Assembly (NCBI GenBank): GCA_020635975.1
Contig: JACJYT010000008.1
Coordinates: 2,443 to 66,442 of the forward strand
Direction of reading: 5' to 3'
Length of the DNA: 64,000 nucleotides
Origin: Chitinophagales bacterium
GTDB lineage: Bacteria > Bacteroidota > Bacteroidia > Chitinophagales > UBA8649
A model generated the notes under the pieces. The model saw nothing but the letters and a program-made list of their open reading frames with translations, was not told the origin of the DNA and did no database searches. Made by a program: the position numbers and the translations under genes. Shown here piece after piece: positions 42,266 through 53,000 of this stretch; positions within the stretch are counted from its first letter, which is position 1, and each line of letters starts with the position of its first letter.

Positions 42266-45170
42266 AGTAGGCAAAAATCTCTTCTAAACTAAATTTTTGC
42301 AGCTTGCCCATTTGTTCCAGTTGCTTGAAATCGATTTTCTCTTCATTCCCAATCACACAAATGCTATATTGCTTGCCTTTTATGTGTTTTTCGAAGAAAT
42401 GGTTGAGATCTTCTAAGCTCATCGCTTGCACTTGTTCGTAAATCTTTTGATTTACATCGTAGTCTAAGTTCAACTTTTTGGCTCTTTCATAAGCCCAGTA
42501 AATGCTAGATCCTGTTGTCCAATCACTTTCTAATTTTTTAATTACCGCTTCTTTTGCCGCATCGAATTGCATTTGGGCTTTTGGCATCTCGTTCATCAAC
42601 TCGAACATGGCCTTGCTAGCTTCTTCCAATTTATCGGCTTGGGTTCCGATATAGGCATTTACATAATGACTTTTTTCTGCTTCACTCGGACTAGAATAGT
42701 AGCTATAAGCAGAATAAGCCAAGGCTTTCTTTTCTCTAATTTCTTGAAAAACTATCGACGATAAACCAGCACCAAAATATTCATTGAATAAATTAGCTGC
42801 AGCCAATAAATTCGGATTGTACACTTCATCTTTGGCTAAGAATAAAATCTCTACTTGTTGCATGTCGTAGTTGCTATAAAGTACCTCTGCATTCTCTTTG
42901 GTAAGTTCAGGAAAAATCTTCTTGGCTGGTAATTCTTCTAAATTGCTCACCTTCAAATGGTACTTAGCAATTTTCGCCTTGGCGTCTTCCATCGGGATAC
43001 TTCCGTAATAAAAGATTCTATGCTTCACCTTCATTAAGTCTTTAATCTTTGCACTTAATTTTTCGACATCCATTTCCTGTAAACTAGCACTACTCAGTCG
43101 ATCCGTAAACGGATTTTCCATGCCGTATTTTGCAATAGAAGCCAAGCCCGTTCTTAGGATGGTATTCTTATCTAATTTTGCATTAGCTCTAGCTTTCTCA
43201 ATATCATTAACCAATTCTACATATACTTCGGAGTTGGCCTGAACCTCTGCTAGTAGGTGTTCGAAAAGTTCTAAGCCTTTCTCTAAATTTTCTTCTAAAC
43301 CACTTAAGTAAACGCTTACTTGATCGCTTCCGGCATTAACTCCAAACTCTAAGCCGTAGCGGTAAAATTCTTTGCTTAAATCTTCAGCGCTATACTTACT
43401 TGTTCCTAAATACGGCAAATACTGAATGGCTAAGGCCAATTCCTTATCGGTGTTGCTTCCTATATCTACAAGGTAGTATAAATTGAAAATCTCATTTTGT
43501 TCATTATGAACGTATGCCATCTCTACTTCATCAAGCTTATCAAAAGAAATATCTTTTTTAAAGTCAATAAACTTAGGTTCCAAGCTTAAACTTTTCATCG
43601 AATCTAGTTCTAGATAGAAGGTCGATTTACTTTCTCTGTCCACTTCTACCGCAGAAATTTGAGGCTTAGGAACGCTATGTCGATCCGAAACTCCCATCCT
43701 TTTGTATGCTATAGCATAGTTTTCTCCATAGTTTTCCTTAGCAAAAGCTACCAACTCTTCTTTTGTTATTAACGCCATAGTGTCCAAGTCAAAAATGGCT
43801 TCTTCTAAACTTAGCTCATTAATAAAGGCGTCCAAAGCAAGGTTGGCTCTACCACTATTCGATTCTAACGATTTGATTCTACTTAATTTCAAATCATTAA
43901 CTACCGCTTCCAACAGCCAATCGTCGAATTCTCCTCTTTTAATTTTTTCTACTTCCGCCAACAATAAATCTCGAACTTCTTCTAAGCTTTGTCCTTCTTT
44001 TGGTACACCATATAAGAAGTGAATAGTGTGGTCTTTTAATACTTGAGGAAAGGAGCCTGCACTTAATACTTTTTGTTTTAGCATCAAATCGATGTCTATT
44101 AATCCCGCCTGACTATTCGCTAATAGCATGTCGATTAACTGTACTTTCATCGCTTCTTTGGTCCCTACACCCGGAAATTTGTAGCCCATATAGAGCATTT
44201 CTTGCTGCGGACCAAAAATTTCTTTTACCACAGGCTGCGTTAAAGGCTTGTCTTCTGGCACAACAAGGGGCTCTAAATTTTGGCGCTCCCAACTTGAAAA
44301 GTATTTTTCAATAAGATCGATGGTGGCATCCGGATCTAGATCTCCAGCTAGGCAAATAGTCACATTATTCGGAACGTAATACTTGTTGAAATAGTCGTGG
44401 ATGTTATACATAGAAGGATTTTTCAAATGCTCTCCTAAGCCGATGGTAGTTTGGGTTCCATAAGGATGATTAGGTAGAAGGCCTTCCAACACCGCTTGAT
44501 ATACCCATCTTCCGTCGTTATCTTGCGAGCGATTAAACTCTTCATAAACGGTTTCTAATTCGGTATGAAATAAACGCAGTACTAAAGTTTGAAATCGTTC
44601 TCCCTCAATTTTTAGCCACTTTTCTATTTCGTTAGATGGAATATCGTTTACATAAACCGTTTGCTCATTGGAAGTATAAGCATTGGTTCCTTTTGCACCA
44701 AGAGCGGAAACCATTTTATCGTATTCGTTGGCAATGGCAAATTTCGAAGCTTCTAAAGAAAGGCTATCAATTTTGGCATAAATAGCAGTTTTCTTTTCTG
44801 GGTCCGTTTCTAAACGATGTTCTTCATAAGCCGCTGCAATTAAATCTAAAAGGCGCTTCTCGCTTTCCCAATCTTTAGTACCCAATACATCCGTGCCTTT
44901 AAACATCATGTGCTCCAAGTAATGCGCCAAACCGGTGGTTTCTGCGGGATCGAACTTGGAGCCTGCTTTCACACCAATTAAAGTCTGAATACGAGGCTCG
45001 GTTTTATTAACAGATAAGTAGACACTGAGTCCATTTTCTAAGGTGTATTTTAAGGTATTGCTATCATCTCCTTCAACAACTTCAAAGTCGTGTTGGTAAA
45101 GTTTCTCTACTTTTTGCTTGCACGAGAAGAGTAGGGGAATTAGGAATAGGAAAATACTTATTTTTCTCAT
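42264..45170 (-). CDS. M16 (insulinase/pitrilysin) family zinc peptidase lipoprotein
   Basis: Lipobox LLFSC and HxxEH zinc motif (GLAHYLEHMMFKGT). 968 aa, consistent with a two-M16-unit architecture. Confidence 0.85.
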   Translation of the reverse strand: MRKISIFLFLIPLLFSCKQKVEKLYQHDFEVVEGDDSNTLKYTLENGLSVYLSVNKTEPRIQTLIGVKAGSKFDPAETTGLAHYLEHMMFKGTDVLGTKDWESEKRLLDLIAAAYEEHRLETDPEKKTAIYAKIDSLSLEASKFAIANEYDKMVSALGAKGTNAYTSNEQTVYVNDIPSNEIEKWLKIEGERFQTLVLRLFHTELETVYEEFNRSQDNDGRWVYQAVLEGLLPNHPYGTQTTIGLGEHLKNPSMYNIHDYFNKYYVPNNVTICLAGDLDPDATIDLIEKYFSSWERQNLEPLVVPEDKPLTQPVVKEIFGPQQEMLYMGYKFPGVGTKEAMKVQLIDMLLANSQAGLIDIDLMLKQKVLSAGSFPQVLKDHTIHFLYGVPKEGQSLEEVRDLLLAEVEKIKRGEFDDWLLEAVVNDLKLSRIKSLESNSGRANLALDAFINELSLEEAIFDLDTMALITKEELVAFAKENYGENYAIAYKRMGVSDRHSVPKPQISAVEVDRESKSTFYLELDSMKSLSLEPKFIDFKKDISFDKLDEVEMAYVHNEQNEIFNLYYLVDIGSNTDKELALAIQYLPYLGTSKYSAEDLSKEFYRYGLEFGVNAGSDQVSVYLSGLEENLEKGLELFEHLLAEVQANSEVYVELVNDIEKARANAKLDKNTILRTGLASIAKYGMENPFTDRLSSASLQEMDVEKLSAKIKDLMKVKHRIFYYGSIPMEDAKAKIAKYHLKVSNLEELPAKKIFPELTKENAEVLYSNYDMQQVEILFLAKDEVYNPNLLAAANLFNEYFGAGLSSIVFQEIREKKALAYSAYSYYSSPSEAEKSHYVNAYIGTQADKLEEASKAMFELMNEMPKAQMQFDAAKEAVIKKLESDWTTGSSIYWAYERAKKLNLDYDVNQKIYEQVQAMSLEDLNHFFEKHIKGKQYSICVIGNEEKIDFKQLEQMGKLQKFSLEEIFAY

Positions 45171-45180
45171 AGCATCTAGT

Positions 45181-46899
45181 TTATAGCTCTAACTCTAAGT
45201 CTAAGTCTTCTTTTAGTTTTAGTAGACTTGGATTCGCTTCGAGCATGCGTTGAAATTTATCTTTCTGATTTAATATTACTTTTTGTTTTTTCTCGTTCTC
45301 TTCTACCGGAATTTCAATTTCGAAATTACTTTCCTTAAAACTTCCTTTCAAAAAGCGACTAATGCTTTGGATTTCTTTAAGAATCAAGGTTTTTTCTACA
45401 CTACTATCTGCAATTATTTCAATCACCTTACCTTTAAGCGTAGGCTCCTTGTCGTTAATGATTTCAAAAAGACTCTTGCTTATGTTTTCTTGAATATGAA
45501 CCAACATTTCTTTCCAAGCGAGATTTAGATTTGCAGTGTTTAACTCTAAATTGCCTCTAGGTTCTTGTTCTTCTTCTATTGTTGCGCTTTCTACTACTTG
45601 CTTTTCCTCTTCCTCTAAACCCTTGGCTAAATCATCTAGGTTTAAACTAATGCTAGAACTCCGCCTTGGTTCTGGTTCAGGCTTTTTTTCTTCTAATAAT
45701 TTTTTAGGTATTGCATTGGCTTCCATAGCAACAGCCTTTTCTTCGGGCTTTGTAGGAGCGATAGTTTCTTTTGGAATTACTTGCTTAGGAGTGTTTTTTT
45801 TTTCGGCCAGAATATTTCCTAGCTGCTCACCATCGCTTAAACTTGATAGAAAGGCCATCTTCATTAAGCTGCTTTCTACCAATAAGCGTTTATTTATACT
45901 TTGTGCATAGTTAACATCGCAATCGGAAGCCAAACTTAGGGAGTTGATTAAAAAACTTTGCGGACAAATACTTGCTTGATCCAAGTAGCGCTGCTTTAAA
46001 CTTTCGCTTAGTTCCAAAAGTTTTATCGTTCTTGGATCTTTACAAACCAATAAATTTCTAAAGTGATTACTCAGTCCATTAATAAAATGATCGCCCTCAA
46101 AGCCATTGTAGAGAATTTCATCAAACAAGAGCATGGCTGCAGCCAAATCCGAGCTCATTAGACTTTCAGTAATTCTAAAAAAATAATCGTAATCTAATAC
46201 ATTAAGGCTACTAACGGCAGCTTCATAAGTCAAATTGTTTCCGGCAAAACTTACTAATCTATCAAAAATAGATAGAGCGTCTCTTAAAGCGCCATCTGCT
46301 TTCTCTGCTACTATGTGCAAAGCACTTTCATCGGCGCTAATGCCTTCTTCTTGAGCAATATTTTGCAAGTGCTTAACGATGTCGACCACCGAAATACGCT
46401 TAAAATCGTAAATCTGACAACGAGAAAGTATGGTTGGTAGAATCTTGTGCTTTTCTGTGGTGGCAAGTATGAAAATAGCATAAGGTGGTGGCTCCTCAAG
46501 CGTTTTCAAGAAAGCATTAAAAGCTGCTTGAGATAGCATATGAACCTCATCTATGATGTAAATTTTATACTTTCCATTTTGAGGAGGGATACGAACCTGA
46601 GCAATAAGTTGGTGCATATCATCCACCTTATTGTTGGAGGCGGCATCTAACTCGAAGATATTGAAAGAAAAATCTTCTTGAATTTCATCTAGTTTTTCTG
46701 TCTGACCAGTGTTAACCGCTTTGGCCATAATACGGGCGCAGGTGGTTTTACCAACCCCTCTCGGACCACAAAACAAAAAAGCTTGAGCTAGATGATCGGT
46801 TTCTATAGAACGCTTTAAAGTAGTGGTAATTTGCTCTTGGCCAACCACATCTTCAAAGGTTTTCGGACGATATTTTCTAGCGGAAACGATATAACTCAT
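45181..46899 (-). CDS. dnaX: DNA polymerase III subunit gamma/tau
   Basis: Walker A FCGPRGVGKTT, Walker B IYIIDEVHML, and SRC motif LSRCQ. The C-terminal region is acidic and Lys-rich. Confidence 0.9.
   Translation of the reverse strand: MSYIVSARKYRPKTFEDVVGQEQITTTLKRSIETDHLAQAFLFCGPRGVGKTTCARIMAKAVNTGQTEKLDEIQEDFSFNIFELDAASNNKVDDMHQLIAQVRIPPQNGKYKIYIIDEVHMLSQAAFNAFLKTLEEPPPYAIFILATTEKHKILPTILSRCQIYDFKRISVVDIVKHLQNIAQEEGISADESALHIVAEKADGALRDALSIFDRLVSFAGNNLTYEAAVSSLNVLDYDYFFRITESLMSSDLAAAMLLFDEILYNGFEGDHFINGLSNHFRNLLVCKDPRTIKLLELSESLKQRYLDQASICPQSFLINSLSLASDCDVNYAQSINKRLLVESSLMKMAFLSSLSDGEQLGNILAEKKNTPKQVIPKETIAPTKPEEKAVAMEANAIPKKLLEEKKPEPEPRRSSSISLNLDDLAKGLEEEEKQVVESATIEEEQEPRGNLELNTANLNLAWKEMLVHIQENISKSLFEIINDKEPTLKGKVIEIIADSSVEKTLILKEIQSISRFLKGSFKESNFEIEIPVEENEKKQKVILNQKDKFQRMLEANPSLLKLKEDLDLELEL
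45777..45804 (-). other. candidate recoding/slippage site in dnaX (A10 run with near stops in both alternative frames)
   Basis: The coding strand reads GAA AAA AAA AAC ACT CCT AAG CAA GTA A. The -1 frame gives AAA CAC TCC TAA and the +1 frame gives ACA CTC CTA AGC AAG TAA. Confidence 0.45.
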
Positions 46900-47026
46900 A
46901 GAAGGAGTAAAGTTAGTTTAATTTTATCTTAGCCATTTATTTTAATTCTTAATTTTTATTAACAATTTATCAATTTTCAAAGCATCCTTGATACTAGGAT
47001 TTTAAATGAATTTGAATAATTTTAAC

Positions 47027-47034
47027 TAACTTTG
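47027..47034 (+). promoter_or_regulatory. putative -7 box TAACTTTG
   Basis: TAnnTTTG match only 4 nt upstream of ATG 47039, which would imply a leaderless or near-leaderless mRNA. Confidence 0.3.
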
Positions 47035-47038
47035 TTCT

Positions 47039-47395
47039 ATGCTTACCTTAGTTATTGGTGCTAGCGAGCACCCCGAACGCTATTCGAATAAGGCGATCTT
47101 AATGTTGCAAAAGTTTGGACATGAAGTTCTTGCCCTTGCTTCTAGAAAGGGGAGCATTGGAAATCTTGAGTTTTATACTGAAAAGCCAGACTTTAAACAG
47201 GTCGATACGGTTACTCTTTATATAAATCCACGTATTCAAAAAGAATATTACGACTATATTCTTCGTTTACATCCGCGAAGAGTTATTTTTAATCCGGGCA
47301 CGGAAAACCCCGAGTTTTATACCTTGCTAAAAGAAAAAGGAATTGAAGTGCAAGAAGCCTGCACTTTGGTTTTACTTAGCACGAAGCAATTTTAA
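47039..47395 (+). CDS. CoA-binding domain protein
   Basis: 118 aa. LVIGASEHPERYSNKAILMLQKFGHEV is typical of the small CoA-binding (PF13380-like) family. Confidence 0.7.
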   Translation: MLTLVIGASEHPERYSNKAILMLQKFGHEVLALASRKGSIGNLEFYTEKPDFKQVDTVTLYINPRIQKEYYDYILRLHPRRVIFNPGTENPEFYTLLKEKGIEVQEACTLVLLSTKQF

Positions 47396-47397
47396 TT

Positions 47398-48276
47398 ATG
47401 AAAAATCTTATTTTACTTTTTTTATCTAGCTTACTCCTAGTAGCTTATAGTCAAGCGCAATCTTACGACAAACAGAACCATGAGCTTGGATTTTCTGTAG
47501 GTGTAGCGAATTATTTAGGCGATTTAGCAAAAAATAATAAGCCTTGGTTTTTTGGCGAAACACAAGGAAAGGCCTTCCGACCTGCTGTGGGCGTGTTTTA
47601 CAGAAGTAACTTTCATAAATTCTTGAGTTTTAGAGCGGGGATGAATGTTGGACAGTTGTACGGCAGTGATGCTTTATCGAGTATTGGTACAGGCAGAGAG
47701 GGGAGAAATTTGCATTTCAGATCCAATGTTATGGATCTTACTATGATGTTAGAATGGAATATTTTACCTTATAAAATAGGTCATTATAAACATCGATTTA
47801 CTCCTTATATTGGTTTTGGTGTAGGTGGTTTTTACTTTAATCCAAAGGCTAAATTGAATGGCGAATGGGTTAATCTGCAAGAATTAGGTACAGAGGGACA
47901 GGGCTTAATTGAATATCCCAATAGAACGAAATATTCTAAGATTGCTTTAAATATACCTGTTTCTTTCGGAGGAAAATTAAATGTTGGAAGAAACTGGGCC
48001 ATAGGTATGGAAGTTCAGTATCGCCATACCTTTACCGATTATATAGATGATGTAAGTACTGTCTATCCTAATTTAGATTACTACGACAATAACTACATCA
48101 CTGCCATTGCCGCTGATGCTAGAGCTCTTTCTTATCGCGGAGATAATTTGGATACAAGCAATTTGGAAGACAAGAAAAGAGGAAATTCGGATAAAAGTGA
48201 TGCCTACTTTTTTATACTTTTTAATGTTTCTTGCAAATTGGGTAGCAATAAAGGCTATTGTCCAAGTTTTAGATAG
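47398..48276 (+). CDS. DUF6089-like outer-membrane beta-barrel protein
   Basis: Signal peptide, HELGFSVGVANYLGDL, and an alternating aromatic beta-strand pattern. Confidence 0.6.
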   Translation: MKNLILLFLSSLLLVAYSQAQSYDKQNHELGFSVGVANYLGDLAKNNKPWFFGETQGKAFRPAVGVFYRSNFHKFLSFRAGMNVGQLYGSDALSSIGTGREGRNLHFRSNVMDLTMMLEWNILPYKIGHYKHRFTPYIGFGVGGFYFNPKAKLNGEWVNLQELGTEGQGLIEYPNRTKYSKIALNIPVSFGGKLNVGRNWAIGMEVQYRHTFTDYIDDVSTVYPNLDYYDNNYITAIAADARALSYRGDNLDTSNLEDKKRGNSDKSDAYFFILFNVSCKLGSNKGYCPSFR

Positions 48277-48346
48277 TTAATTACTCTTAAGTTTCTAGTT
48301 CTAGCTAGATTTTTGTTTATTTTTGACTGAAATAAACACTTTAAAC

Positions 48347-49225
48347 ATGAAAATTACTGAAGGAATGCTTAGAGCGGATGCTCTGAAAGGAAAAACTATT
48401 GTTGTAACTGGAGGAGGATCTGGTTTAGGAAAGGCCATGACCAAATACTTTATGGAACTTGGTGCCAATACTGTAATTAGTAGTCGACGCTTAGAATTAC
48501 TTCAAGAAACAGCTAAAGAACTAGAAGCAGAAACGGGATCTCAGTGCTTAGCTGTGCAATGTGATGTTCGTGATTTAGCCCAAGTGGAAGCCATGCGAGA
48601 TGCAGCACTAGCTAAATTCGGCAAAGTAGATATCCTCTTAAATAACGCTGCTGGAAATTTCATAAGTCCAACAGAAAGATTATCTGCCAATGCGTTTAAA
48701 ACCATTATCGATATTGTTTTAATGGGGACCATCAATTGTACCTTAACTTTTGGAAAACATTGGATTGCTAACAAGCAGGAAAAAGGAAATGTACTTAATA
48801 TTGTAACTACTTATGCTTGGACAGGTTCTGGCTTTGTTGTTCCATCTGCTTGTGCAAAGGGCGGTGTATTAGCCATGACGAGGTCTTTAGCTGTAGAATG
48901 GGCGAAGTACAATATTCGTTTTAATGCTATTGCTCCAGGTCCTTTTCCAACAAAAGGAGCTTGGGATAGATTATTACCTGGACAATTAAAAGAAGATTTA
49001 GATATCAGCAAGCAAGTTCCGCTAAAGAGAGTGGGCGAACACCAAGAATTAGCCAACTTAGCAGCCTTTATGGTATCCGATTTTGCAGATTATATGAACG
49101 GCGAATGTGTTACCCTTGATGGTGGAGAATGGCTTAGAGCTGGACAGTTTAATAACTTGGAAATGGTGCCAAGCGAAATGTGGGACCAATTAGAAGCGGC
49201 TATTAGAAGTACGAAAAAGGGCTAA
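48347..49225 (+). CDS. SDR family oxidoreductase (2,4-dienoyl-CoA reductase-like)
   Basis: VTGGGSGLGKAM cofactor motif, NNAAGNF, and a YAWTG..ACAKGG active-site region. The track ORF starts at TTG 48323; I used ATG 48347. Confidence 0.8.
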   Translation: MKITEGMLRADALKGKTIVVTGGGSGLGKAMTKYFMELGANTVISSRRLELLQETAKELEAETGSQCLAVQCDVRDLAQVEAMRDAALAKFGKVDILLNNAAGNFISPTERLSANAFKTIIDIVLMGTINCTLTFGKHWIANKQEKGNVLNIVTTYAWTGSGFVVPSACAKGGVLAMTRSLAVEWAKYNIRFNAIAPGPFPTKGAWDRLLPGQLKEDLDISKQVPLKRVGEHQELANLAAFMVSDFADYMNGECVTLDGGEWLRAGQFNNLEMVPSEMWDQLEAAIRSTKKG

Positions 49226-49243
49226 GCCTAAGTTACTTTTTTC

Positions 49244-49909
49244 TTAGTTTTTAATACACCTAATGGCAAAGCCATAGCCCTGTGGATACAATGGTCTTCT
49301 TGATGTTTTAGAATGTCTCCATAGTCCTAAACCATAAGCATTGTTTGATGGACCTGGAGTAGTACTCCAATAATAGGCCATTTGGTTTTCTGCGTAGAAC
49401 CATCCTATCTCTGATATTTCTCCAGTAGCGCTTCCATTAAATTTAGAACTATTGGATCCATTTATGCCGCTAGAGTTGTAATACCAACCTTTTTTTGATT
49501 TTAGCTTGTGCCCAGCTTTTGATGGGCCACCAAGGTAGGTGGTTAATTTAGTGAAATCTTGGTCTGAAGGTACTCGCCAACCCTCTGGAGCTAATCCACG
49601 AGAATCTACTGCAGCGTACCAGTTATATAACATGCCATATTTCTGGCAATTAGCATCTATAAATTTAAAGCAACAACAAGCCGGAGTTCTCGATTGATTT
49701 GCATTTACCCATTCCGCTTTTGTCTTTGCCTTAAGTATAGCATCTCCATTTTTAAACTTGCTAACAAGCAAGTTTTGAGTTGTCCAAGTTTGATTTCCAA
49801 TTCGTCTTGTAGTATATTCATTGCCCTGAATATCGCGAATGTTTTGAGCAAAGGAAAAACTGCTAAGCAGAGCTAAAACGAATAAGAACTTCAACAATAA
49901 AACTTTCAT
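49244..49909 (-). CDS. FISUMP (Fibrobacter succinogenes major paralogous) domain protein
   Basis: Signal peptide, then YGMLYNWYAA, GWRVPSDQDF, AGHKLKSKKGW and YYWSTT, all typical of TIGR02145-type domains. Confidence 0.75.
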   Translation of the reverse strand: MKVLLLKFLFVLALLSSFSFAQNIRDIQGNEYTTRRIGNQTWTTQNLLVSKFKNGDAILKAKTKAEWVNANQSRTPACCCFKFIDANCQKYGMLYNWYAAVDSRGLAPEGWRVPSDQDFTKLTTYLGGPSKAGHKLKSKKGWYYNSSGINGSNSSKFNGSATGEISEIGWFYAENQMAYYWSTTPGPSNNAYGLGLWRHSKTSRRPLYPQGYGFAIRCIKN

Positions 49910-50024
49910 AAATGTATTTTAGAACGAATATATAAATATATCTTAATATACTACTAAATCGCAGAGATAAATTTATACCGCGTATTATTCTATTGTAAAT
50001 TCTAATATTTTTATTTTTGAAAGA

Positions 50025-53000
50025 ATGAAAAAATTTCTAATCCTTCCTTTACTCTTCAGTGCATTTTTTTCAAAAGCACAATATTCTTATATAGAGAATC
50101 CCGTTTTGTTTCAAGAAAATAAGTGCGATGCCCATGCTTTTTTCCTCTTTGATACCCAAAGTGAGCTAAGAGAGTTTACCAAAAATCCAAACTATCTTTT
50201 ATTAAATGGGGTATGGAAATTTCATCATGCGAATACACCAGAGGAACGCCCACGAGACTTTTATTTGCCAGCTTATGACGTAAGTGCCTGGGAAGACCTT
50301 CCTGTGCCGGGAAATTGGCAATTGTTTGGCTATGATTATCCCATTTACACGAATTGGAAATATCCATTTAAGCCAGATAAGCCTAAGGTGCCTCGCGATT
50401 TTAATCCTGTAGGTTCTTACAAGTATAGCTTCACCTTATACGACGATTTTAATCCACAAGAAAATAACTTACGCTTGCATTTAGGGGGAGTAAATTCTTG
50501 TTTTTTTCTTTGGTTGAATGGCTCTTATGTTGGCTATAGCGAAGACAGTAAATTACCTTCTGAATTTGATGTTGCACAGTACCTGCAAATGGGGAAGAAT
50601 GACCTTGCCATAGAGGTATACCGCTATTGCGATGGCAGCTATTTAGAAGATCAAGACATGTGGCGCTTAAGCGGCATTGAACGAGATGTTTTTTTGTATA
50701 AAGTACCGCAAGTAGAAATCTATGATTATACACTTAGTGCAAGTCTAGACAGTAGTTATAGAAATGGAATTTTGAACCTAGAAGTAGAATTGCATTCTGA
50801 ATCTAGTCGCAAGTCTAAAGTAAATGTAAGGCTTCGTATTTTAGACGAAGATAGCTTGTTATTAACTCGCTTTGCCACCTGTGTTTTAGATGAAGGACTA
50901 GGTGCCATAACAGATGAGTTTCGAACCTTGAAAGAGAAGCTAAACTTTGAAGCGGTACTAGAGAATATTAGCCCTTGGTCGGCCGAAAATCCGAGTTTGT
51001 ACACCCTTAAAATTGACTTGTTGAATGAAGAGAATGAGCTGATACAAACCATAGATCAAAAGTTTGGATTTAAGAAATTGGAAATAAAGAACGGTATCTT
51101 CCTTATCAACGGAGATACAGCCCTAATTAAGGGCTTAAATCGGCATGAACATGATGCGAAATGGGGACATGCCACAGGCTATGCTCCCTATGCTTTTAAT
51201 CTAGAAGATATGCGTCAAGATTTAGAGTTAATTAAATCTTTAAATTTCAATGCTATTCGCACTTCGCATTATCCAAATCACCCTGCCTTTTACGACTTGT
51301 GTGATGAGCTTGGAATCTATGTTTGCGATGAAGCGAATGTGGAAGGCCATTACTATATGATGTTTAAGCCTTTTAACAATTTGGCAAAGGATGCAGATTT
51401 TAAAGAAGCTATCTTAAGTCGCATAAAGAACATGTATGAAAGAGATAAAAATCATACCAGTATTATTATGTGGAGTGTTGGTAATGAAACAGGAACTGGA
51501 CCTACTATGGTAGAGGCTTATGCTATGCTGAAGAGTTTAGATCCAGAGCGACCTGTATTTAATGAGCGTCATTTTTTCTTGAATTGGATAAAGACTAAGC
51601 ACTCCGATTTTAACGGAAATATGTATGCTCCAATCAAAAAAGTAAAGAAGATTATTGCCAAAGATAAGGAGCGACCTTTTATATGGATTGAATATGCCCA
51701 TGCTATGGGGAATAGTTCTGGTAACCTAAAAGAACTTTGGGATTTTATTCGAGAAGAAAAACAAGTTCAAGGAGGATTTGTATGGGATTGGCGAGATCAG
51801 GGCTTGTGGAAGAAGGATGAAAATGGACGAGCCTTTTTAGCTTATGGCGGTCATTTTGAAGCAAAAGGGGTAGCAAATGATCAAAATTTTTGTGCTAATG
51901 GACTCTTAAGTTCAGATGGAAAATTACACCCTGGAGCAAGTGCTTTTAAAAACATTCAAAGTGCTATTCAGTTAGAACAAATTAACGATACTACTTATCG
52001 TTTACTTAACGAGCATAGTAGTGAAGATTTGGAGAATATTGAGCTCTGGGCAAATTGGCGACAGCTTAATGGTTTCGGACATTTTGAAAGTATTAAGGGC
52101 TTGCATTGCGCTGCATTAAGCGATACGGTATTTGTATTTAAGACACATGAAGAAGCGAGTTACATTAACTTTTTTGTGCACCACAAGGGCGAAGTATATT
52201 CCCAAACTTTTGAGCTTAATAAAATGCAAATTCCAGCATTGGAGAGGGATAGTCTTGAAGCAAATTTTGCAGTGGAACATTGCAATAAAAGACTCTGCAT
52301 CTCGAACGAAAAGTTGCGTTTAGAATTAGATAGTCAGGGTTATTTGCACAATTTTAGTTTTGAAGATAAAGTGGTATTTATAGAGGGACCTAGAGCAAGT
52401 TTTTGGAGAGCTTCTACAGATAATGATTATGGTAATGGTGCTCCAAAACGCCTTGCTTATTGGCGAGATGCCGCCGATAAAAGCAACTTGAGTAGATTGC
52501 GTTTAGGCGAAAGTAAAACGCATTATTTTATTGTGGCTACTTATAAACTTCCAAAAGGAAAGGGCAAAATAATCTATAACTATAAGATTTACCCCGACGG
52601 AGAATTAGAAGTACAAATAGATTTTGAGCTAAAGAAAGGCAAGGAAATTCCTAAGATAGGAAGTTACTTAAAGTTGCCCAAAGACTATGATTTTGTGGAA
52701 TATTTGGGTTATGGTCCGGATGAAAATTATTCAGATCGAAAACTCGGACAATGGTTTGGTGAACATTATATCAACATGAGGTCTAAACCACAATATAATA
52801 TAGCTCCACAAGAGTTTCCTTATATTCGTCCGCAAGAATATGGTAACAGAACCGAGGTTTACTATATGAATTTATTAGCGCCTAAGGATACTATTGCTTT
52901 GCTCGGACAAAGCTTCAATTTCAGTACTTGGAACCATAGTTTAGAAGATTTGGATGAGGGCAAAGAAAAGCTAGGTAAAACGAGCATCGAAATTCCAGAT

